Virus record (IMG/VR): IMGVR_UViG_3300050142_000050
Location: 32,001-96,000 of that record
Direction: 5' to 3' (one strand)
Source: a virus
Taxonomy: Duplodnaviria; Caudoviricetes
Length of the DNA stretch: 64,000 nt
Shown: piece by piece, positions 48,259 through 57,542 of the stretch
Numbering within the stretch: position 1 is the stretch's first letter
Layout of the letters: the number at the start of each line of letters is the position of its first letter
Translations under genes and position numbers: made by a program
Notes under the pieces: model-generated
What the model was told of the DNA's origin: nothing
The model's database searches: none
What the model saw: only the letters and a program-made list of their open reading frames with translations

Positions 48259-51200
48259 TCACGTACTCCTCAGACCGAAGGTTAAACGAGCAATGTTGTT
48301 ATTGTCGATGATTTTGGTCAAACCATTCTTGTACTCGTACCTAGGTCCACTCGCCGGTGATGCGATCTCGAATACATCCGCCAAAACCTTGAACGAACTT
48401 ACCGTACCAGTATTGGTGGATTCGGTACCACTGATGTATCCGTTGTTACTGAGCACTACGGCACTACGGGCCAATGCAGATGCCACACCTCCTTGAATAG
48501 AGACGATAGCTTCGTTGATCGTAGAGACTGAAGCGTTCAGTTCGGTGACATCGGTGATCTCGAAGAAGTTGAGACGACATTCCATCCCTGTAGTACCCCA
48601 GTCGCCATTAAGACAGACCCAGGGGGTGATAGCGATGGCGTTTGCCCCGATAGTGACTTGGAAGTCGACATTGAGGTAGCTGGCAGCACCAGCAGCCGCA
48701 TTCGAACTGCCTATCCAATCGAAGGTCCCATTCCGATAGGTGACTTTGAAACCGATCAGAGATGGTCTGGTCGAGAATTGGGCAGAGAGCGCCCCTCGGA
48801 CTCGAAGAGTACGTGCAGCCCAGTTACGGTACAGAGGTCGATCCAGGAAGTCTCTACGGCCTCCAGGACCGCCTGAGAGCTGGAGTACCCTCGTACCGTA
48901 CGGAGGGATAGTCTGTCCGAAGTCGCTAGGGGTCAGAATCTGAACACCTGATCCCATTCCGGAATCGATGTTGTTGATCCACTCTCCCATGACACCGGCT
49001 TGGAAATCACCCTGTGATACGAAGTTGGTACCATCATTGTTGGTGAGAGAAGACTTCACTGTACTGATGAGACTACTCAGAGCATTGTCTGCATTCACAC
49101 GAGCCTGTGACTCGGTGGTTACAGATGCGCTCAACTTCCTGACCAGACTACTGGCATTACCAGGAGTGTAAGGATTGAGTGTAGTTTGACCTTCACGTCC
49201 ACGACCCAGGTAGGGTTGATAGATGCGGAGCATCGATGATGAACTACCAGGTAGCGTGTCGTACTTACGAATTTCGAAGTAAACGGCCACAGTACCAGCA
49301 GGTGCCTGCTTAGAGGTTATCCCAGCCTGCACGAACTGATTAGCGCCCGATCCACTCGTTCCAAAGTTAGTACGACCACTTCCATAGGGAGTCCATGCAT
49401 TGTCACTACCCCTGATGAATATCAGGAGGACTTCCGCTTGACAGTTGTCAGTGATGAATTGAGCATGGGCTTGCCACCATTCACCTTCCTTAGCAGGAAG
49501 CATCTGGGAGAACCACAGATATGGATCGCCATTACCCACCCGGTTACTCTGCGAGAGCTGGATGTAGTTTGCAGAGGTGGTGGCGCCACTAGCCGCCGCT
49601 ACCTGACCCTTAGTAGTTGTAAACGGCATGGTGAGATTCGCCGGAGAACCGTAATACCAGCCATCGATAGTTTCGAGGTCGAAATTGGTATCCGACAAAT
49701 AGTTACCAGACGCAGTAGGAACTGCCAACACAGAAGCGTTGGTACTGTCGATCCTCTGTCCGAGTGCCCCAACGGCGGTTGAGCGAGCAGTCGACTCAGA
49801 ATTCAGGTCAGCAAATGACTTCTGGATAGCGACACCGGCACTACCATTTGAGAATGGAGTCCATTCGGTCAGGGTCGAGCGCACACGTCCGCAGAACGGA
49901 CGAATGAACCAAGCCCAGCTGTCACCTTCGCCGCTATTGGTCCCCTTCTTACGCATTTCAAACTTGACGTAAGCTGTACCGGCAGGTGCGAGCTTAGGGG
50001 TCTTGAATCCGATCTGCGAGTAGCCGGTGAACTGCACACCACCGGTACCGACAGTGGTATCACCCAGTGTCCAGGAGTTACTCCCGATGACGTTGTAATT
50101 GGCATCGAGGAAGACGAGCCACATGTCGACCTTACAGCGATGGGCTGCTGCCCAGACGTAAGCCTGCCAGTATTCGCCAGCAGATGCAGCTACGATCTGG
50201 TAAGCATATCGGTAGCCATTAGGTCCATTCGTACCTGCGTTCTTCTGCCAGATAGTGAGCGAGCGCTCCCCTGCCGGGTAGAAGTTAGCACCACTCAGAG
50301 TGGGGCCTTGGTCATAGGTACCATTCGGTTCATTGACTGTACCGATACCCCAACCCGCGTAGGTACTACCGTCGGCGTAATCGGTGTTGACAAGTGCATT
50401 GGCGGACACCAGAGCAGTCGTCTCGAAAGATGACTTCAGATCCGTGATGCGGGTGGAGAGAGCACCATCTTCTTGACTGCGAGTATAGGCTTCATCTGAG
50501 ATAGACGCATTAGCAGCCTCGATGAGTCCACGGTTACCGCCATGTACGAACGGATTGAATTCCGTCTGTGTGGCTGTGGAGAGACCCAGATAAGGCTTCC
50601 AGAACCAGGCAAACGAGTCGCTATACCCGGCTTCGGTACCGTACTTACGGACCTCGAACTTGACATAGGCGGTACCCGCAGGTGCAAGTTTAGGGGTGAC
50701 CCCCATTTGCTTGTAATTACTGGCCAGCTTCCCAGTGGCATCGTATCCGTACTCAACCGCGCTCTGGAAGAAGTTCGTACCGATCTGGACACTATTGACA
50801 TCGAGATAGTACAGACAGACTGATACCTTACAGCGATGTGAAGCACAGAAGGCGTATGCCTGCCAATACTCACCCGGCTTTGCTGGATAGACCTGATTGA
50901 TCCACACATATTTCGAGGTGTCGTTGTTGTTGTTCCACTGCGATGCGACGATGACCTTCTCATTACCAGGCCAGTATTGTGAGTCGGTGGTATTGACACC
51001 CACGTTGTAGGAGATCAGACCTGATGGATCATAGGTAGACCATCCCCAGGAGGTCATCTTGTTACCGGAAAGCTCCGTATTGAGCAGAGCGTTGCCGCCT
51101 GCCAGAGCACTGGCTTCAAATGAAGACTTCAGGGTAGTAATGCGACCGGACAGCGCGACGTCTTCTTGGTTACGAGTATAGGACTCGTCAGAAACCAGGG

Positions 51201-53433
51201 ATACTGATTTCTTGAAGAGTGCATTACCCGTACCGGGTGCATATGGGTTGAGTGTAGTTTGACCTTCACGTCCACGACCCAGGTAGGGTTGATAGAGCTT
51301 CGCCCACGAAGTCGATTGACCGGCGAGGGTATCGAACTTGCGGATTTCGAAGCACACTGCTACAGTACCAGCGGGAGCCTTCTTGGAGGTAATCCCGATC
51401 TGGGTGTAGGACGATGGGCCTGCATTACCCAACCCACCATTGTTGGCGACCGTCTCGTAGTTACCGAGTGTGACACCGTCGGCCGACTTGAAGTACATGG
51501 CCAGCTGTACATTACAGTTGGCAGTGGCCACCTTAATGTGAGCCTGCCACCACTCATCCTCACGTGCGCTGTGCCATTGTTGCATGTAGATATAGTTGGA
51601 TGCAGTACCCTGACGATTGGTCTGGTTAATGATCCAAACCTTATCGGGATCGACGGTCAGTGTACCGTTCCAGAGATCACCCCTGCTGAGGGTATAGATC
51701 ATCGCGTTCGCGATAGTTGTGTTATAGAGCCAACCAATCGGATCGGTATAAGCCCACTCAGTGTTGTCCAAGAAGTTACCACTACCTGTAGGAATGGTGT
51801 TAAACGAGGACGATAGAGTATTCACCGTTCCGGTAACCGTATCGATAGCCGTACTGCGCGACTGTGCCTCGGCACTAACCAAGTTGGCAGCTTCAGTCCG
51901 GTTCGTACTGACAGTCGTCGTCAGTGCGGTAACCGACTGAGCGACAGCTTCCACGGCATTCGCACGAGTGGTCTTCTCGTCTGTGATGTCGGCTTGGGCC
52001 TTCAGGATCTGAGCACGACCGTTACCAGGTGAATAAGGATTCCAATCCGTAGTGGTGGACTTCACTCGTCCCAGATAAGGACGATAGAACCACATCCAGC
52101 TGTCGCCATACCCAGCAAGCGTACCGTACTTACGGAACTGTACCTTGACATAGGCGGTACCCGTAGGAGCCTGGAGCTTCTTCACACCGATCTGGCGATA
52201 AGCCGATAGGTTAGGGGATGCAGAAGTTCCTCGATCGGCATTACCCGGCACTCGATCGGCTGCCCCTGACCACGAAATCCAAGATCCATCCTGACGACAG
52301 AATATAATCAGAACATCGACATCGCACCTATGGGCTGCCATCCATGCATAGGCCTGCCACCATTCGCCTTCCGCCGTGGTGATATTTTGTTCAGCGAAGA
52401 TATAGGCACCAGTATTGTTGTTCTGATTGGTCTGGTAGATCGTCAAGGGTAGATCATACATCGGACGCCATTTGGCTTCCGAGATTTCAGTGCCCTGAAT
52501 ATAGGTCTGAGCGATACCGCCAGCATCATTCTTGGAGATGGTCCAGCCACTGAAGTCACTATTGATGAACTCAGTGTTGGTGAAGAAGTTCCCACTACCA
52601 GATGCCAGAGCATTATAGTCACTACGCAGACCAGTGATTAGTGTAGTATTCGCAGTATCCCCATCCACACGAGCCTGCGATTCCTGCTGGAATGCGGCTG
52701 TGAAAGAGATGCTACCATCAGAAGACGCAGCTGACAGAAGAGAGATCTGTTGGGCTAGTGCACCGATCTGATTGGTCAGAGCAGTGTTCTGATTCGAGAT
52801 CTGGGTTTCCAGACTGGTCTTATCAGAAGACTGCTTTACCGAGAGGGTGTTGATCTGCTGTGCCAGGCCACCTTCGGAGGTAGCACGCGACGTGGACTCG
52901 TTTGAAATGAGTGTTTCCACAGCAGTGCGATCAGTGGAGACCTTTGTCTCCAGGGTACTGACACGGGTGGTCAGTGCACCCACAGCAGTAGAGCGAGCTG
53001 TGGTCTCTTCCGAGATCAGAGTGCGTACCTGTCCCAGGTCAGTATTGACCCCAGTACTGAGGGTCGTTATCGTCTGAGCCAGTGAACTATACTGGGTACT
53101 GCGAGCAGTGCTCTCGGTATTGATGAGACCCTGGGTAGTAGTGACGAGTGTGTCGTAGCTGGTGTACAGCTCGTTTACCCTATTGACCAGTCCACCGGAC
53201 TCATTGACCACAGATTCGATCTGTTCGGACAATTGTGCGGTGATGGTGGTACCGATCGCGGGAGCCAGTTGTTCTTCCAGCTTAGAGACCACGTACTGCA
53301 TCTCGATCGAAAATGTCTCATCGAGTGCTTTACTGTAGAAGGGTACCCGATCGGTAGGATCAAACTGAGTCCTCGGGTCGAGTTCACCGATCGTAATTGT
53401 CGAGTTACCATCCTGGTTTACCGGATCGGTCAT
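48259..53433 (-). CDS. Large modular tail fibre/receptor-binding protein (about 1724 aa): coiled-coil linkers, six CBM-like modules, DUF1983-like C-terminus
   Basis: Six GN-xx-x-N/T/D-F/W-started modules joined by ES.AR...AL..RI..L linkers; C-terminal GYISGTES......FKVLADVFEI. GGAG RBS favours ATG 53433. Confidence 0.75.
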   Translation of the reverse strand: MTDPVNQDGNSTITIGELDPRTQFDPTDRVPFYSKALDETFSIEMQYVVSKLEEQLAPAIGTTITAQLSEQIESVVNESGGLVNRVNELYTSYDTLVTTTQGLINTESTARSTQYSSLAQTITTLSTGVNTDLGQVRTLISEETTARSTAVGALTTRVSTLETKVSTDRTAVETLISNESTSRATSEGGLAQQINTLSVKQSSDKTSLETQISNQNTALTNQIGALAQQISLLSAASSDGSISFTAAFQQESQARVDGDTANTTLITGLRSDYNALASGSGNFFTNTEFINSDFSGWTISKNDAGGIAQTYIQGTEISEAKWRPMYDLPLTIYQTNQNNNTGAYIFAEQNITTAEGEWWQAYAWMAAHRCDVDVLIIFCRQDGSWISWSGAADRVPGNADRGTSASPNLSAYRQIGVKKLQAPTGTAYVKVQFRKYGTLAGYGDSWMWFYRPYLGRVKSTTTDWNPYSPGNGRAQILKAQADITDEKTTRANAVEAVAQSVTALTTTVSTNRTEAANLVSAEAQSRSTAIDTVTGTVNTLSSSFNTIPTGSGNFLDNTEWAYTDPIGWLYNTTIANAMIYTLSRGDLWNGTLTVDPDKVWIINQTNRQGTASNYIYMQQWHSAREDEWWQAHIKVATANCNVQLAMYFKSADGVTLGNYETVANNGGLGNAGPSSYTQIGITSKKAPAGTVAVCFEIRKFDTLAGQSTSWAKLYQPYLGRGREGQTTLNPYAPGTGNALFKKSVSLVSDESYTRNQEDVALSGRITTLKSSFEASALAGGNALLNTELSGNKMTSWGWSTYDPSGLISYNVGVNTTDSQYWPGNEKVIVASQWNNNNDTSKYVWINQVYPAKPGEYWQAYAFCASHRCKVSVCLYYLDVNSVQIGTNFFQSAVEYGYDATGKLASNYKQMGVTPKLAPAGTAYVKFEVRKYGTEAGYSDSFAWFWKPYLGLSTATQTEFNPFVHGGNRGLIEAANASISDEAYTRSQEDGALSTRITDLKSSFETTALVSANALVNTDYADGSTYAGWGIGTVNEPNGTYDQGPTLSGANFYPAGERSLTIWQKNAGTNGPNGYRYAYQIVAASAGEYWQAYVWAAAHRCKVDMWLVFLDANYNVIGSNSWTLGDTTVGTGGVQFTGYSQIGFKTPKLAPAGTAYVKFEMRKKGTNSGEGDSWAWFIRPFCGRVRSTLTEWTPFSNGSAGVAIQKSFADLNSESTARSTAVGALGQRIDSTNASVLAVPTASGNYLSDTNFDLETIDGWYYGSPANLTMPFTTTKGQVAAASGATTSANYIQLSQSNRVGNGDPYLWFSQMLPAKEGEWWQAHAQFITDNCQAEVLLIFIRGSDNAWTPYGSGRTNFGTSGSGANQFVQAGITSKQAPAGTVAVYFEIRKYDTLPGSSSSMLRIYQPYLGRGREGQTTLNPYTPGNASSLVRKLSASVTTESQARVNADNALSSLISTVKSSLTNNDGTNFVSQGDFQAGVMGEWINNIDSGMGSGVQILTPSDFGQTIPPYGTRVLQLSGGPGGRRDFLDRPLYRNWAARTLRVRGALSAQFSTRPSLIGFKVTYRNGTFDWIGSSNAAAGAASYLNVDFQVTIGANAIAITPWVCLNGDWGTTGMECRLNFFEITDVTELNASVSTINEAIVSIQGGVASALARSAVVLSNNGYISGTESTNTGTVSSFKVLADVFEIASPASGPRYEYKNGLTKIIDNNNIARLTFGLRST
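49175..49223. repeat. 49-bp exact direct repeat, copy 1 (copy 2 at 51248-51296)
   Basis: TTGAGTGTAGTTTGACCTTCACGTCCACGACCCAGGTAGGGTTGATAGA occurs twice, 2073 bp apart. Confidence 0.9.
51248..51296. repeat. 49-bp exact direct repeat, copy 2
   Basis: Identical to 49175-49223. Confidence 0.9.
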
Positions 53434-53559
53434 GGTCGGTTCTCCAAATTCAAGGTTCGTCGATTGGTTCAACAGGAAACATATTTATCAGTTCTATCCC
53501 ATTGTACGACGATACGCCATAAAATCGAGTGGTATGGGGAATCAGGTGTCCTGAAAATC

Positions 53560-53567
53560 CATATTAC
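53560..53567 (+). promoter_or_regulatory. Putative early promoter motif CATATTAC
   Basis: About 50 nt upstream of ATG 53617. Confidence 0.4.
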
Positions 53568-53616
53568 ATTCACGGATATGGTAGTGTATCAGTCTTTTCA
53601 CTAAGGAGGAATCTCG

Positions 53617-53922
53617 ATGTCTCGTATTTTTGCGGATGGTGATCCGTTAATTGAAGTCATCCGCGGTACGCTCGTAAAGCGTAAGAATGGATCTTGGTAT
53701 GGTGTGATCGTGGGTGACTATGAGACCCACCGTACGGACGGTGTGGCGGTGATGTCCCTATTGGAGTTCGGTGCAGTCCACGTCGAACCCAAGGGAAATC
53801 TTCTCCACTGGGACGGGATATTCCGTCTCGATGAGAATGCCGTGGCGATCATGAATGCATGGCGCAAGGGCGGTACTCCTGAAGAGATGACCCAGATGCT
53901 CCTGTCCATCAAACAAAAATAA
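53617..53922 (+). CDS. Hypothetical protein (101 aa)
   Basis: AAGGAGG RBS; followed by a hairpin. Confidence 0.65.
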   Translation: MSRIFADGDPLIEVIRGTLVKRKNGSWYGVIVGDYETHRTDGVAVMSLLEFGAVHVEPKGNLLHWDGIFRLDENAVAIMNAWRKGGTPEEMTQMLLSIKQK

Positions 53923-53927
53923 GGATC

Positions 53928-53955
53928 AGGTAGGAGGGCGCGAGCCCTCCTACCT
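53928..53955. terminator. Bidirectional GNRA hairpin
   Basis: AGGTAGGAGGGC-GCGA-GCCCTCCTACCT. Confidence 0.72.
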
Positions 53956-53963
53956 TACCTATA

Positions 53964-54350
53964 TCACAGAGCGCCACGAATCAGACAAACGGGGGCGGAA
54001 TCACCCGGATCATATCGGAAGAAGGCACCACCTTCGATCTTGTACACGCCATCGGCAGTCACTTGATCGAAAGTCCGAGTATACCCCTGGTCGAAGAAGC
54101 CTGTGAGCTGGATCGTGGCATTATCCAGATCACGATACAGAGTGATGGGGCGTGTCACCTGCTTGAATTGGACTTCTGCCACAGAGCAGTACCGCAAGTC
54201 TGCCACGGTGAGCGGACGCAATGTGGTGATGGTGGCCAGGTCTGAAGTTGGCAGAGGAGTCTGGTCACTCGCTAATGCGACTGGAGCCGAGTCCGTCATA
54301 CCCTTCTGACCGACCACACGATTTCTTGCAATTGTAATTGGATTAGGCAT
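53964..54350 (-). CDS. Hypothetical protein (128 aa) with PVALASDQ motif
   Basis: AGGAG RBS on the minus strand; ends at the hairpin. Confidence 0.6.
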   Translation of the reverse strand: MPNPITIARNRVVGQKGMTDSAPVALASDQTPLPTSDLATITTLRPLTVADLRYCSVAEVQFKQVTRPITLYRDLDNATIQLTGFFDQGYTRTFDQVTADGVYKIEGGAFFRYDPGDSAPVCLIRGAL

Positions 54351-54412
54351 AGTGGCTCTCCTGATGGATATTCAATAGAATATCGAGGGGCCGTATTTAC
54401 GAGGAGATTAAG

Positions 54413-54829
54413 ATGGCTAGATCGCAAAAGAGTATCATCCACTGTGGATTCAAAACTCTCCCAGAGGGTGATTTACATCCCCTGCACTGTAAGCAAGTCA
54501 GGACTGGTTTCGGAGACACCGTGAGTCTTGATCTGTGGGGTATCCGAGTACCTGAATTGCCAGATATCCGCGCTTTCAGGATTATCTCCAAAACAGCCAT
54601 GGAGATCAATGGTGTCCTCATGTTGGGGTCTATCAATGGTACCCAATTCCATGTATGGGATGTCAGTGTCGGATGGCAAATTGTCGACGTGGAAATCGCG
54701 GAGACTGGACATGAGATCTTCTACAAATTCAAAGTTCCAAGGTCCGATGTACAGGTCGAAGTGACCCTGTCTAACACGAAGATGGACTACCACAATAGCA
54801 GACTCTCCAAGCATCTTTGTAGGGCATAA
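54413..54829 (+). CDS. Hypothetical protein (138 aa)
   Basis: GAGGAG RBS; followed by a hairpin. Confidence 0.6.
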   Translation: MARSQKSIIHCGFKTLPEGDLHPLHCKQVRTGFGDTVSLDLWGIRVPELPDIRAFRIISKTAMEINGVLMLGSINGTQFHVWDVSVGWQIVDVEIAETGHEIFYKFKVPRSDVQVEVTLSNTKMDYHNSRLSKHLCRA

Positions 54830-54837
54830 ACCTGATA

Positions 54838-54880
54838 GTGAGAGGGGCTTTACGCCCCTCTCACCTCGGTCTTATTTTTT
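54838..54880 (+). terminator. Hairpin plus spaced TTATTTTTT
   Basis: GTGAGAGGGGC-TTTAC-GCCCCTCTCAC. Confidence 0.7.
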
Positions 54881-54962
54881 AGTTTTAGGACAAAATCTGA
54901 CATCGATCACTAAAATCGAATACCCTCTAAAATCGATTCTAAGCGCTCTAGGAGCTCGAAGA

Positions 54963-55463
54963 TCAACTTACCGTCTCAGTATTGCTCTGAGACCCATCTT
55001 CGCTCTCTACGGGCTTCTGAGAGGAAATGAGAGTATTTTGAGCTCGTGTGATCTCCTGAACACTCAGAAGTTGATATTCGAGATCCTCAAGATCATCATC
55101 GTTCGCTACAAACCGAATGATCTCCTCGGGATGTTTCAAATACCGGAAGATGATTTCTCGTTTCTGGGAGGTGGTAGGATCAGTCACCGAGCCGCTAACC
55201 GGGATCCCTGATTTGGGAATCGGTAGGTGGGATAGGAACCTGACCAGCTCGCGGATCGTCGAGACCGTCCCTGGGTAGGAATCACCTCGACCACGGATAG
55301 TGATCTCAAAACCTCCACGAGGATCACCTGTGACGGATGGACCGATCTCCAGATCGTTGAACGGGACCTGACCGTCGCGGAGCCCGATCCGAGGGATGCG
55401 GGTGACGAGCAACCGAAGCTCGAAGCGGAGCGGTAGGTCGATCATCGTTCGCAAGTCGGGCAT
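54963..55463 (-). CDS. Hypothetical protein adjacent to the palindrome locus (166 aa)
   Basis: AAGGA RBS 7 nt upstream on the minus strand. Confidence 0.5.
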   Translation of the reverse strand: MPDLRTMIDLPLRFELRLLVTRIPRIGLRDGQVPFNDLEIGPSVTGDPRGGFEITIRGRGDSYPGTVSTIRELVRFLSHLPIPKSGIPVSGSVTDPTTSQKREIIFRYLKHPEEIIRFVANDDDLEDLEYQLLSVQEITRAQNTLISSQKPVESEDGSQSNTETVS

Positions 55464-55639
55464 GGTCAGATCCTTTCACAGGATCAGGGTCCAACCTGGT
55501 AGGAAATTTACAACCGATCTGTTTACAGATACTGGAAAAATCGGCGGGGGGTCGCGGGCGCGCGGGCGCGCTAAACCTTCAGAGCGCTTCGCGCTACGTT
55601 TCGCTTCCGCTAGGAAGCTTTCGTGAATGTTTTTTGTTT

Positions 55640-56110
55640 CTTCCAGTCTCCTGACTGGTTGAAATTCCATGAATTGAAAATTCAAACCATTTCTGGATTT
55701 CCAAGAAATCCAAATCCAAGTTTGGTATTTGATTTTCAGGATTTTTGAAAAATCCTGATTTTCACTTTGTATTCCGTGTGCGCGCACACGTGTCTAATAG
55801 ATTATACTTACGTAGTAAGTATTCTTTATTGAGATATATTAGTTATATATAACTAATATCTAGATATTACTTAAGTAATATCTAGTATTAAATATATACT
55901 AGTATATTAATACATATACAGAGTATATGTATATTAAAATATATATTTATATATATAAATAAATTAATAAACGCGTGGGCGGGCGCACGTGCGCAGGCGC
56001 GGGCACGCACACCCGGGCGCACACGCACGCGGTATTAATAAAACCCGCGCGCGAGCCCAGGGTTTTTATACCCGCACATCCGTGCAGGGTTTTATATAAC
56101 TCATCGTAAA
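55640..56110. repeat. Gene-free cluster of inverted repeats: AT-rich palindrome array flanked by GC-rich tracts
   Basis: Perfect or short-loop IRs at 55643-55658, 55695-55711, 55736-55758, 55775-55790, 55804-55822, 55836-55859, 55860-55885, 55894-55907, 55910-55932, 55945-55960 and 55983-55994. Confidence 0.85.
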
Positions 56111-56238
56111 AAAACTCCAAACTCGGAGTGTTATGTTTTGAGCACCCAGCGAACGAACCGATCTCGGAATAAAAACTTCCACTCGGGACTCCATCCCGTG
56201 AGTGAAAACCATTCACGATTTTTGGAGGATTCGGTGAA

Positions 56239-57180
56239 ATGATTACCCGATACCGAGACGCTGACTTGGCGTACCAGGATTTAATCCGGTACGTGGACCG
56301 GCATGGTGAGATTACCCACGACCGGACTGGGGTGGGGACCAAGGAAGTTTTCGCTACGGCGGTGGGATTCGATCTGGAACCGGATGAGGTCCCAGTCATC
56401 TCGCTCAAGCGGGTGTTTTGGAAAACCGCGATCAAGGAAATGTTGCTGTTCCTGCGAGGTGAGACTCGGTTGGAGGAGTTCCTGCGATGGGACGTCCACA
56501 TCTGGTCGGAATGGCCCTACCGCAAGTTCCTGGATGATCTGGACAAGACCCGCGGAGATGGGGTTCGGACTGAAATCACCCCTATCGGCCTCAAGCTGTT
56601 CGAGGATCAGATCCTGAGTGATCCTGAGTTCTCAAAGACCTGGGGGGACTTGGGTCCGATCTATGGGGGTACCTGGCGTAAGTGGCAGGGGAATGATGGG
56701 AAGATTTATGATCAGGTCGCTGACTTGGTCCATGCCCTCAAGCATAACCCCACGAGTCGTAGGAAGCTCTTCTCGGGATGGGATTACCCCAAGCTCGGTG
56801 AAATGGCTCTTCCGCCGTGTCACCTACTGTACCAGTATCACGTCCGCCAGGATGGCCGTCTCGAAAGCCTCCTATTTCAAAGATCCGCAGATTGCTTTTT
56901 GGGAGTTCCGTTTAATTGGACGGGACAGCGAGCACTCCAGATGATGCTGGCTAAGACCTGTGATCTGACTCCAGGAGATATGTTCTGGATTGGTGGGAGT
57001 ACTCACCTCTACACGAACCATTTGGAGCATATTCCGACGATCGAGAGTCGGTGGACTAGGAATAACCCTCGTCTCATCCTGAAGACCAAGCGGAATCGCC
57101 TCGAAGATTACGTGATCGAAGATTTCGAAATGGTGGGTTATGATCCCCACCCTGCTATCTCAGCGCAGGTCGCTGTCTGA
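56239..57180 (+). CDS. thyA: Thymidylate synthase (ThyA)
   Basis: DRTGVGT, GDLGPIYG, PTSRRK, MALPPCH, FQRSADCFLGVPFN, THLYTNH. Confidence 0.96.
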   Translation: MITRYRDADLAYQDLIRYVDRHGEITHDRTGVGTKEVFATAVGFDLEPDEVPVISLKRVFWKTAIKEMLLFLRGETRLEEFLRWDVHIWSEWPYRKFLDDLDKTRGDGVRTEITPIGLKLFEDQILSDPEFSKTWGDLGPIYGGTWRKWQGNDGKIYDQVADLVHALKHNPTSRRKLFSGWDYPKLGEMALPPCHLLYQYHVRQDGRLESLLFQRSADCFLGVPFNWTGQRALQMMLAKTCDLTPGDMFWIGGSTHLYTNHLEHIPTIESRWTRNNPRLILKTKRNRLEDYVIEDFEMVGYDPHPAISAQVAV

Positions 57181-57212
57181 CCCATCCGTTTTTGAAGAAG
57201 GTTCCTTATCCC

Positions 57213-57536
57213 ATGACCGAAGTCATCATCGATGAAAACAACCCCACCGTGACCACGGAACCCGTCGAGAAGTCGACGAGTGTGCAGACTCTGGAAGCTG
57301 ATCTGATCGATCTCCAGACCAAGCTGGACAAGTACCAGACCGAACATGACGATGAAGTGTTCGATTCGTTTGTTTCGGGTGACTACATGGCCCTGAACAA
57401 CCTGATCAGTGCGCTCAAGCAGAGCATCCTGATGATCCAGGGTCGCATCGAAGCTCGCAAGCTTTATCTGGCTACTCAGCAGTCGGAGGCTGAAGCCGGA
57501 GCATCTGACGACACCCCGACCGACACTCAGGGCTAA
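57213..57536 (+). CDS. Small helical-hairpin/coiled-coil protein (107 aa)
   Basis: AAGAAGG RBS; heptad pattern LIDLQTKLDKY...LNNLISALKQSILMIQGRI. Confidence 0.6.
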   Translation: MTEVIIDENNPTVTTEPVEKSTSVQTLEADLIDLQTKLDKYQTEHDDEVFDSFVSGDYMALNNLISALKQSILMIQGRIEARKLYLATQQSEAEAGASDDTPTDTQG

Positions 57537-57542
57537 CCTCGG

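Noticed and set aside
48259-53433. Diversity-generating retroelement acting on the fibre
   Set aside because: The repeat copies are identical with no adenine-specific differences, both are in coding sequence, and no reverse transcriptase is in the window.
55476-56501. ORFs 55476-55787 and 55947-56501 on the minus strand
   Set aside because: They run through palindromic low-complexity DNA or antisense to thyA, lack RBS, and give implausible peptides.
56239-57180. Base-modifying dNMP hydroxymethylase
   Set aside because: Keeps the canonical ThyA Asn in PFN, and no glycosyltransferase or kinase neighbours are present.
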